A stretch of DNA of 64,000 nucleotides, from NCBI RefSeq assembly GCF_009914755.1, contig NC_060933.1. One strand, 5' to 3'. The stretch comes from the human T2T-CHM13v2.0 reference genome, Homo sapiens. The notes beneath the pieces were generated by a model. That model was not told where the DNA came from. It made no database searches and saw nothing but the letters and a program-made list of their open reading frames with translations. The translations under genes were made by a program, and so were the position numbers. Shown here one piece after another: positions 1 through 11,493 of the stretch. Numbering within the stretch: position 1 is the stretch's first letter; each line of letters starts with the position of its first letter.

Positions 1-619
1 ACTCAGGTTCTATGTTTGTTGTTGTTTTTTTTTCATCTTAAAGTAACTGTATAATGCTCAAGTTTGATAACTTCAGCTCCAGATGATTTATCAAGGAATG
101 ATCCAAAATTAACCCTCATTATATTATCTATCTTAAATCCCTGGGGATTGGAAGGATATAGGGGAATAACTTTCATCTCTTGGTTCTTCAACTTGTCTCT
201 TACGGAATGTAGCTCTCCTATAATCACAGTGGGGAAGTCAAAGCCCCCTGCTCCAAGCTAAGGGTGCCTGTGACACTAGGCTGTAATTTCCACAATGTGG
301 GATCCACCTGGAGTCCCAGCATTACTGTGCTCAAAGTAACCAGGCACTCAGGACTAAGGCCAGCTAGACTGAGGACTTGGCATCAGCCCAAGATAAACAG
401 ACAGTCATAAGTGTTTTAAATTGACCAAGATGAAAAGGGACACTTTCCTTGGAGATAGAAAAGGCTCTGAGGAATATGAGAATGTACTGATGATAAAGCA
501 CTAGTTAATATGTATTAATGTAATATGTATTATGTATTAATGTTGACAGACACCATGCTACGTATTAAATGCTTTGTTCATTTCAGGCTCACAGTGCATC
601 TTTGAGTTAGTACTATGAA

Positions 620-850
620 AGGAAGTATAGCTTCATGTTTAGACTAACCAAGTCTGAGTTGTAATCCCAGCTCTAACACCCATCAACTGTGTGATCTTTG
701 GAAAATATCTTAACCTGTCTATGCCTCAATTTTCTTACTTGTAAATGAGGAAGATAGTCCCTGTCTCATAATATTGCTACTATTAAATAAGTTTTCATAA
801 AATTCTTAGAACACAGATTGACACATGGTAAATACAATATAAGACATTCT
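620..850 (+). mobile_element. MIR (other MIR pieces near 3250-3460, 4570-4770, 5060-5310, 5810-6070, 12200-12450, 29440-29560, 46030-46420, 54540-54700)
   Basis: MIR core: CTTAACCTGTCTATGCCTCAATTTTCTTACTTGTAAATG. Confidence 0.7.
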
Positions 851-1924
851 ATTACTGTTGGTATCCTTCAACAGTAGGTAAATTGAGATCTTCCACTGTC
901 TCATGTAAAAGTTTCAGAAAGATGAGTTCCTCATCTGTCTGAAACCAAGCCTGTGTTCTTAAACACCCACCATAGCACTTCCCCCTGGCTGAAATTGAGG
1001 TTATAAAAACAGATTTCTCCAACTTCACAATATTTCCCTTGGTAATATCTGAAGGAATTTATTCTTGTTAAGGAGAGAGGGGTTTTAAGTGGTAAGGATA
1101 TTATTCAACCTGCTTACACTCAAGATCCCCTCAGACAGTAGAGAAAGAGCTCTTATTAATTGAGAGCCTACTAACAAAGATTCTGGACTAGACAATTCAT
1201 GCATTTATGCATTTTTTGAGTGTTTATAATTTAGTTTCCATCAAATCTCTTTAACATATTATTAAATACTTATTTTCTCCAGTATTAAAAGGCAAATATT
1301 GAGCATAAGATATGCTCAAAAAATAAATTAGAGATCAACACAGTAAACATGCTCCAGAAAAAGAGACTCTTTTCCATACTCTATGTATTTTTTAATTGAT
1401 CACCAACTATGTGAAAAGGGCTCTAATGGGGATTGAGGATGCAATGATGAAAAAAATAAATAATTATGTACCTAATGGAGCTTCCATTGTAGCTAGGATA
1501 AAAGATAAGACATAACTTCAAGTGTCATGTAAACAATCAAAGGGAAGAGTGCAATTACAAATGAGGACAGTTTTATTAGCCCTACTTTCCTGATGCATGA
1601 CTGAGACTATACAAAGAGGTAGGTTCTTTCCTGAACCACAACTTGGAGAAGGTATCCAGAGCGAGACTTGCTCACAGCATCTATCTGATTCCAGTGCTCT
1701 CCTAAGACCCAGCTGTTTCCTTCGTGGGAACTCAGTGCTCTGCTGCATCAAGAATACTCCCCTTCTTTCTGCTCTAACCAGATGGGGTCCATTTCTTATG
1801 GTTTTGACAATATTTTTGTTTTTCATTTCAATGACCTCTGAAGATATACCAAATTTCCCATTGTCTTTCCTAGAGTTTCAGAGAAGAAAGTACCACTCCT
1901 TCTTTATTTCATCAAAACTTTTCA

Positions 1925-2415
1925 TCCCTAAAGCTTATTCTTCCTGTCTAACTGAAACTTTGTACCCTTCAGTCAACATGTCCCCTTCACCCAACCCAAC
2001 TCCATCACCAGTCTCTGGTAACCACCTTTCTACTTTCTACTTCTAATGAGTTCAACTTTTCTAGATTCCACATAGAAGTGAGATCGTGCAGTATTTGTCT
2101 TTCTGTGCATTACTTATTTCAGTCTGCATGATGTCCTCTAGATTTATCCATGTTGTCACAGATAACAGGATTTCCCCCCTTTGTAAGGCTAAATAATATA
2201 GCACAGAATGGTGACTATAATAATTATGCATTGTATATTTCAAAATTACTAAAAGACTTTAAATGTTTTCAGCAAAAACTGAAAATTACTTGTGGTGATG
2301 GATTTGTTAATTAGCCTGATTTAATCATCCAGCATTGCAAACATACATCAAAATATCACATTGTACTCCATAAATTACACAATTATTATTTGTCAACTAA
2401 AAATAAACATTTAAG
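1925..2415. mobile_element. L1MA-type 3' end with an inverted 5' portion
   Basis: Minus-strand L1MA 3'UTR (~1925-2197) abuts the continuing plus-strand 3' end and A-rich tail. Confidence 0.75.
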
Positions 2416-2748
2416 AAAAATTCTCCATCATTCCAGGTCCTTCACTGCACCATTCACCCTGCTCCCCCAGGCACATTATTTTCAAAGCACTAAAACAACT
2501 TTTTAATATCAAAAGAAAGAATGTGTGATGAGGGGTCAAAGAGGAAGGAAAAAAGGAAAATACAGCATCCACCTTTAACTAATTTGGGAGTTAAATTTTC
2601 CCCACAGATCTATCTTCCTTCAAGTCCTCTCTACTCAGTGGGGTCCAGACTGTTCCTGACCAAAGCCCTCCTATTACCGGCTCCTTGAAAGTCCTATTCT
2701 GTGAAATTTCTCCTACTTTTACACATAAAATGACAGAGCCTTACCTAA

Positions 2749-3180
2749 ATCAACCCAGACGCCCATCAACGATAGATTGGATAAAGAAAATGTGGCACAT
2801 ACACGCCATGGAATACTATGCAGCCATAAAAAGGAATGAGAATGAGAGATCATGTCCTTTGTAGGGACATGGATGGAGCTGGAAGCCGTGATCCTCAGCA
2901 AACAAACACAGCAACAGAAAACCAAACACCACATGTTCTCACTTATAAGTGGGAGCTGGCAATGAGAACACATGGACACAGGGAGGGGAATGACACATAC
3001 TGGGGCCTGTTGGGGGTTGGGGTGGGGGGAGGGAGAGCATTAGAAAAAATAGCTAATGCATTCTGGGCTTAATACCTAAGTGACAGGTGCAGCAAACCAC
3101 CGTGGCGCACCTTTACCTATGTAACAAAACTGCACATCCTGCACATGTACCCCAGAGCTTAACATTAAAAAAAAAAAAAA
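2749..3180 (+). mobile_element. 5'-truncated older L1PA (L1PA12-16-like) 3' end
   Basis: GGAATACTATGCAGCCATAAAAAGGAATGAG, G-rich tract, poly(A); flanked by a ~60-bp direct repeat. Confidence 0.9.
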
Positions 3181-3627
3181 GTCCTATTTTGTGAAATTTC
3201 TTCTGCTTTTACACGTAGAATGACAGAACTTTACCTAAGTCTTCCTTGAAGTGGTAGCCTAGTGTAATGGTCAAGAACATGCATTGAATCCTGGCCCTGA
3301 CATTTACCAATAATATTACATGGGGAAATATCATTTACCTCTATGAGTAAGACTCAGTTTCCTTATTTCCAAAATGGGTATACTAATAGGATCTGTCTCT
3401 AGGAATTTATGTAGCTACTACATGCCTGAAATGTACTCTGTGTTCAATAGGTTGTATCCATTTTTTGTTGTTGTTGTTGTTATTTGATGAAGAAGATGGC
3501 ACAGGGCACAATTCTGGCAACACGTGTCTTCAAAAAATTTATTAATCCAAAGATAGGAAACAAATCCTTGAAGCTTTGTTGATTTCAGATATTATACATA
3601 GACAAAGACAATTTTCTCATTATTATC

Positions 3628-4032
3628 TGCTATGGTTTTAAGATGTCCCCCAAAGTCCATGTGTTGGGAGCTTAATCCCCACTACGACGTATTGGGAGAT
3701 GGGCCTTTAAGAGGAGATTAGGTATCTTTTCTCATGAACCCTTGGAGGGCTCTTTCTTATGAATAGGTTAATGCTGTTATTGCAGGAATTATCATGGGAG
3801 TGGGTTCCTGATTAAAAAAAAAAATGAGTCTGACCCAACTTCCTCTCTGTATCTCACATATGCACTTCCTCACCATGTGATACCTTCCACAATGGGATAA
3901 CCCTTGCCAAATTCTCGTGTCATGCCCTCAGACTTCCTAGCCTCCAAAACCATGAGCCAAATAAACTTTTGTTCTTTATAAATTGCCCCATCTGTGGTAT
4001 TCCATTACAGCAGCAGAAAATGGACAAAGACA
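3628..4032 (+). mobile_element. MaLR solo LTR (MST/MLT1A-like)
   Basis: TGCTATGG...AAAGACA termini, 5-bp TSD TTATC/GTATC, typical MaLR body. Confidence 0.8.
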
Positions 4033-6876
4033 GTATCATTTCACAGTCTACAAACTAAAGTTAAATTTAAAACTAGAACTTGAGGCATGACTTTCTATTC
4101 CTAAACCCAAACAGTACTAAATCAAAAATTACAACATAAATTCTATTGAATGGGTACTTTTATTTTATTTACTTTATAACATATTTTAGTTATATGATTA
4201 TATAAAAGCTATAAGCATTGGCACTACATTTTTTTATTAAGTAACATCATTGAAAATAGTTTAAATCAACTGAGGGGTCCAACTGATTTTTTTCTTTAAA
4301 AGTTATCAATATAATGCATTAAATGATTCAATACATATTTCTAGTTTAATTTTTTTTCATTTTTATATAGATTTTGACTACTAATATGTTTGAAGATCTT
4401 TCTCAGGTTATTCCAAATGTCAGGGGGTGTCCTCAATCTCCTGGACCTTTAGGCTACAAAAGAGGCTTTTAGTATGAGGTTTATCATTTTGGAGAAATCA
4501 GAGACTTTCTGGCCAACTCAGACTGTAAATAATAAAAATACAAATAATAGAAAATTGTTATATAGAACTTACCAGAAGTGTCTTTACACATATTACATAA
4601 TTAAATCTTTACCACAATTATGAGGCAGCTACTATTATCTATTTTTTACATAGAGTCAAACAAGGCAAAGAAAGTTTCGGTAACTCACCCCAAGATACTA
4701 CAACTGGTTATTAGCAGACCTAGAATTCAAGACAAGATGTCTGACGCTACAGTCCATGTTGTTCCTGCCTGTGTTGTAATGTTTCCCAGCTAAGGACTGG
4801 CTGGAAGTAGATCAAGGGCTTTTAGAACAGATTACAGAAAGTGAAAACATACTTACTGCAATGTCCATTCTGCTTTACCAGCAATAGTAGTCTTGAGATC
4901 AGATTGATATTTGCACTCACGGAACACAAAAACATAGCAAACCTCCAGACCTGAGATAGAAATCAAAGGACAATCTTTATTTGTAGTGTTCCATTTTAAA
5001 GGGCAACATATTCACCTATAATTATGTATTATTTGGGGGGCAAGACATAAAGCATAGCATACATAGTGAGACCATGTGCTCTGAAGTGAGGTTGCCTGGT
5101 TGAATCCTGGCTCATCCACTTACTAGCTGGATGACTTTGAGAAGGTTACTCAATTTTTTGTGCCTTGGATTCCCAATTTGCAAATAAGAGGTAAGAATAA
5201 TGCCTACCTAATAGGGTTACGAGGACAGTAAAAGTGACTCGATACTTATAAAGCACATAGAAAAGAGTTCATGGCCCATAATAAGTATTTTATAAAGGTT
5301 TGTGAATAAATGAATTTTTTAGAGGCTGGAGAAAATGGGCAAAATGCTATTGTTGCAAACCTTTCTGGGTGATGGTAACATGAATGATTACTATTTTCCT
5401 CTTTGTACCTTTCTACATTTTTTATTTCAAATTTCCACAAATAGAAAAATGAGAAAATAGCTCATTTGTTGAGTAACCACTACTTTGAACAAGACATTGA
5501 TCAGCCACTCATGGGTGGAAACTGACTTTATTTTATATTCCACTGTTTCTCCAGTACCCATCACAATTCCCATCACATAATAAGCCTTTAATAAATGCCT
5601 ATGAACTAATAAATTGATCAGAGCAATCAGATATTAATAGGCATGGTTATTGATCTCAAGGAGTATGCAGTCTGGAGGGACAGCTTAAACTAATATGCTT
5701 TTTTGAATCAACAAGAAATAGTTTATATTTTTGGCACTATGCTTTATTTGGGAATTGTTACTCAGCATATGATATCCAAATCTTTTTGCTAGCATCATAA
5801 AAAAGCAATAGAGTGGCAGGTTAAGAGCACTGAGTTAAACAGGAGTTAAACAACCTCATGAGATGTTTCAAAACTGATTCTGTCGCTTACTTGCTGTTCT
5901 ACATTGGATAGCTCACTTCACCTCTCTGAGCTCAGATTTCTCAACTCTAATGTAAAGAAAATCAGACCACCTACCTCATTAAGGTGTTGAGATAAATAGA
6001 TGAGATATTACATCTAATTTGTTTAGCTGAGTGCCTAGCACAGAGCAAGCACTCACTGAATTGTTGCTGTCTGGGATTTTTAAAAATTAATGTTTAAGCA
6101 ATAAGACAAACAGATTGAGATATTGCATAGAATGGAGGTCCAAAGTGTTAAGTGGGGACAGAGACAAAGCCATTTCAACTGGTAGTCATCAAGCAAAGTG
6201 TCCTGGAAGAGGCTGAATTCGAGCCTTGCAGGTTAGGTTTAATAGATGAAGGAAAGGATAAGCAAAGACACAATAGTCTAAATGGGTGAGGGGCAATGAG
6301 TCAGAAGGAATCAGATAACCTTGGATTGCAGTTGTACTGGGATATGGGGAAGTTTAAGTCCTAATTTGAGAATTATATCATACACACAAAGTGAGATGTC
6401 CCAAATGACCAGAAATATGGATTGCCATAAAATATAAAATATATGTCCCTAGTGGCTGGAGGGAAGGAGGAATGGAGAATTGGTGTTCAGGGAAAATATA
6501 TTTTCAGTTATATAAGATGAATAAGTCCTAGAAATCTGCTATGCAACATTTTTCCTATTATTAATGATACTGTGAACTAAAAATTTGTAAACAGGGTAGA
6601 TCTCATGTTAAGTTTTCTTACCACAATGAAAGAAAAAAGAAAAGAAGAAATAAGAGAGTAGAAGCCTTATCCTTCTCATCCATTCAGCTCATCTGTCAGA
6701 ATCCCTCCCCCATCACTTCCACCTGCTTAGAGCCATCTCTTTGTAGGAGGAAAACAAACATCACCTTAAATTTCAAGTAGTGAGAGCAGGAGCCATTTCA
6801 AATACATGACAATCTGAGTTCTAGAATGGTTCCAGTGAGGATTACTTTCTTACTTTCAAACAGATCCACACAATAA

Positions 6877-7201
<325 letters not shown>

Positions 7202-8093
7202 CCAACCACTTTTTTTGAAAGTTGCTTTAACAATAAAAATATCGATCTGGTTTGCTTAATGTTTGTGTGTTACAACTGTAATAAAATTAATAGCTAACGC
7301 TATATATATATGCCCTGATGGCTTTCCTGAGTGAGAAGCAAGGGTCATACATAAGTAGACTTAAGGATGCTTCAGACAGAAGAGTAAAGATTCCAGGCCT
7401 AGGGTCTAAAGTCTTAACCCTATTGCTTATTATATTTTAAAGTTCTAAGAACAGTGTCTAGCAAGGGACTGCTTCTAACACTGGGAGATGGGAAAGTGAC
7501 TAGTGGCATAAGATGTTCTAGTTGTTTTAGCTTGATGATCAACGAATTCCGAGAAAACGTTCTCCAACCCCACATTCTGTCTTTCAATGTAAGCAGCACA
7601 GCGGTGAGGCTCAGGAAGTCTGTCACTTGAGCCAGCCTCACACAGGTGGGGTCTTTTTCACCAAAAGGAGTTAGGTCAGGAGGGTGATTTCTGAGAGAGA
7701 GAGAAGGCACTGACACTCCCCAGGCTCCTTGGGGAAGAAACTCCAAAACCGTAATAGTTCTTGGCTTGTTTTCTGCTGTCTTCTCCATCTGAACTCCAGG
7801 GACTTCTTGATGATCTCAAAGGATGCTCCCTTGACAGAGGGTGGGGTCTATGAGTGTCTTTAATCTCTTCAGCATGTGGGAGGCCCAGAGGAGGAAGAGA
7901 GGAAAATCTTCGGCTTCATGAGGGTTGAAAGCTTGTCTAGAATCAGGTGCCTTCTCTGTGTGGTTTTTTGGGGAAGCATATATATAACTGAGACTGGAAT
8001 TGGGAAAAGAATTACACCAACACAGACAAGCATGCACTAACAATGACGATTTTAGCATTTAGGGGCTGGATAACAAAAATGAGGTTTATGTTA

Positions 8094-8433
<340 letters not shown>

Positions 8434-9041
8434 TTATTTCTGTCTATCTTTTGCCTCTTCATACCTATCCTTTCACTCAAATAAGGTTTCACTAAAAAAT
8501 GAGGGAAATGGAGTAACTGTTGGGTAATCTCATATTTCAATGTCTTTTTACATGATTGCCAGCCTCCAGAATAACTGATGCAGACAGAAGTATCCGAACT
8601 AAGGGAAATCATTATTCCATCAGCTGGAAATTGAGAGATGAAACTTTTTTAAACCTGTCATAAACTAATTACTGAAAACCGTGAATACGATAAATATATA
8701 CAGAAAAAGAAGAGAATAATTTCTCCAGGATTCCCCTCCTCTCCTTCTGGGAATTCTCTTGCACTCACTCCTTCCTCTTGCCCTATATCTCTTCTTTTCT
8801 CTTTTTCCCATTTCTGTTTCCCTGTAATTTGTTTCTTTATAGCAGGCAACTGAGATTAAAATATATATTAATTTCTAAATATCCCACATTAATGGAAAGA
8901 AACCACAATCCAGATAATTGTAATGTTTTAAATTTTTTCTTTGCTGATAAGAAGAATAAAAGGAGAAATTTTGGACAGATTGTATCAGATGTTGGAAGAA
9001 TCTGTTACAGTGTTAGTTTATCTTTAGGTGAACCCACAACT

Positions 9042-9974
9042 ATGGGAAGAAATAACCTAACAAGACCCTCTGAATTCATCCTCCTTGGACTCTCCTCTCG
9101 ACCTGAGGATCAGAAGCCGCTCTTTGCTGTGTTCCTCCCCATCTACCTTATCACAGTGATAGGAAACCTGCTTATCATCCTGGCCATCCGCTCAGACACT
9201 CGTCTCCAGACGCCCATGTACTTCTTTCTAAGCATCCTGTCTTTTGTTGACATTTGCTATGTGACAGTCATTATCCCTAAGATGCTGGTGAACTTCTTAT
9301 CAGAGACAAAGACCATCTCTTACAGTGAGTGTCTGACCCAGATGTACTTTTTCTTAGCCTTTGGAAACACAGACAGTTACCTGCTAGCAGCCATGGCCAT
9401 TGACCGCTATGTGGCCATATGTAATCCCTTCCACTACATCACCATTATGAGTCACAGATGCTGTGTCCTGCTTCTGGTTCTCTCCTTCTGCATTCCACAT
9501 TTTCACTCCCTCCTGCACATTCTTCTGACTAATCAGCTCATCTTCTGTGCCTCAAATGTCATCCATCACTTTTTCTGCGATGATCAACCAGTGCTAAAAT
9601 TGTCCTGTTCCTCCCATTTTGTCAAAGAAATCACAGTAATGACAGAAGGCTTGGCTGTCATAATGACCCCGTTTTCATGCATCATCATCTCTTATTTAAG
9701 AATCCTCATCACTGTTCTGAAGATTCCTTCAGCTGCTGGAAAGCGTAAAGCATTTTCTACCTGTGGCTCTCATCTCACAGTGGTGACCCTGTTTTATGGA
9801 AGCATTAGCTATCTCTATTTTCAGCCCCTGTCCAACTATACTGTCAAGGATCAAATAGCAACAATTATCTACACCGTACTGACTCCTATGCTAAATCCAT
9901 TTATCTATAGTCTGAGGAACAAAGACATGAAGCAGGGTTTGGCAAAGTTGATGCACAGGATGAAATGTCAGTAA
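9042..9974 (+). CDS. OR1L1: Olfactory receptor family 1 subfamily L member 1 (310 aa from the canonical ATG; an in-frame ATG at 8892 gives a 360-aa form)
   Basis: Intact intronless 7TM ORF with OR motifs: NLT sequon, GNLLII, LQTPMYFFL, MAIDRYVAICNPFHY, HFFCD, KAFSTCGSH, PMLNPFIYSLRN. The N-terminus MERNHNPDNC...MGRNNLTRPSEF is recognised as OR1L1. Confidence 0.93.
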   Translation: MGRNNLTRPSEFILLGLSSRPEDQKPLFAVFLPIYLITVIGNLLIILAIRSDTRLQTPMYFFLSILSFVDICYVTVIIPKMLVNFLSETKTISYSECLTQMYFFLAFGNTDSYLLAAMAIDRYVAICNPFHYITIMSHRCCVLLLVLSFCIPHFHSLLHILLTNQLIFCASNVIHHFFCDDQPVLKLSCSSHFVKEITVMTEGLAVIMTPFSCIIISYLRILITVLKIPSAAGKRKAFSTCGSHLTVVTLFYGSISYLYFQPLSNYTVKDQIATIIYTVLTPMLNPFIYSLRNKDMKQGLAKLMHRMKCQ

Positions 9975-10259
9975 AAGACCTAAGGTCTTAAGAGAATACC
10001 ACAGATCTCTTGCCCTGGACTATAGGTTATTAATGGGTATGTGATTCTGAAATGATTATTAGATTCTGAAAGGATAGTACCTTCAATGATGGTGTTTCAT
10101 TCCTTACAGAAGAATGTTTATTGCATGTATTGAAGCTACTCCTGAATATAATGCCTACAAACTAAGTTGGATCACTGTAATCTCCTGAGTATCCCTATTC
10201 ATGCAGCTGGGTTTTCTTGTATAGTAATGTAAAGCTGCTTGAATGTCTTTGAGCTACTC

Positions 10260-10309
10260 TGTGTGTGTGTGCGTGCGTGTGTGCATGTGTGTGTGTGTGT
10301 GTGTGTGTG
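10260..10309. repeat. (TG)n microsatellite (others at 18295-18342 and 23436-23463)
   Basis: Read directly from the sequence. Confidence 0.95.
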
Positions 10310-11061
10310 TCGCTTCATCATATTAGCCCAGGGGCTCCTCAATAACGAGGTCTCTCTCTTTCTCCCATTATAAATGTCAGAACTGTGACTCCTTCCTCTG
10401 CATTTCCTCAAAGATTAAAGCCTGGCTTCTATAGTTGTCATAGTCTCAACAAATAAAATCATCCCACTAGATAACTCTTAGTGAATCAGTGCCAGGTCAG
10501 GTTCCTAAGAGTATGGCATCTCAGTATTCTTCCTGCTTCCCACCTGGCAAAGCTGACTGTACCTTAAATCTCTCATTAATTTCATTTGACCCAAACTCAA
10601 CTGCACTGTTTTCCCGGGAGGTATGTGTTAGGTCCCAGTAACCTTAGTAGCAGATGCCTCCAACTGCTGGGGCAGTTCTCTTCCTTAACAGACTTTGAAG
10701 ACAGTCTTCCAACCAGAAAAACAAATTGGGTAGGAAAGAAACACTTTTGCTCATTTGTGAGTTCTGAGAAATATTAGTCACTGCTAGTCCATGAATTATC
10801 TTGCAACTCAGAGATTTATGAATTCATTTGCTCTTTCAACAAATTTCTACTTCTGATACACCATGAACCAGCCTACTGGACTTAAAAACAAAGATAATGT
10901 ACTACATGATTTAAGTCAACAATCTGAAGGCCAAAGATCAGCAGGGTCTAAGGAAACAAAATAACACAGGCAATACAAGTATTTGGAGGGCAATTTCCTG
11001 TTAATTGGATTGTTTTAGGTTTGCAAGGTACAGAGAAACACACATACTTTTAAGTAACAGA

Positions 11062-11493
11062 TGTCAAATAAAAATCCAATCTGGTCTTAGGTAAGGAGAG
11101 ATATTACTGCAAAAGTGGGGAAATGGTCTATAGCAATAATGCAAGGGAGACTATTACACTAGGGAGAATGTCTCAATTGTGAGACCAACAAAAGTGTCAA
11201 ATGTCAGACAGAAAAGGAATTTTCTTTCATAAAGAGAAGTGAACATGAATGAGGCTAGAAAGAAACAGATATGCAGAAGTGGGATGAGCTAGTAACAGTA
11301 GCAGGACTGAAGAGTTGATCAAAGAATGTATTTTATCAGTTGACGCTCCAGAGGGGTCATTAAGGAGGGGTTATGTGTTAACTCAGATTGAGGGTGGGAC
11401 AAAGTTCATTCTTTTCCAGAACACAAAAGAGTGGAGGGATTTCTTTAACTGTCACTGTTTTCCAGGAGCACAGGGCTCAGGTAAAATTCAACA
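11062..11493 (-). mobile_element. Probable ERV1-class solo LTR (family uncertain)
   Basis: TGTCAAA...TTCAACA termini; resembles MER67-group LTRs. Confidence 0.45.

Noticed and set aside
33-261. Short ORFs on both strands that look protein-like
   Set aside because: Non-ATG starts, no recognisable family, and a length expected by chance.
4560-4860. Minus-strand GTAAGT donors at 4567-4572 and 4851-4856 as 5' exons of a leftward gene
   Set aside because: Such hexamers occur by chance every few kb, and I have no independent support from the sequence.
8778-8891. 398-aa version of the OR1L1 ORF in the track
   Set aside because: It starts at a non-ATG codon in a polypyrimidine tract; the first real ATG is at 8892.
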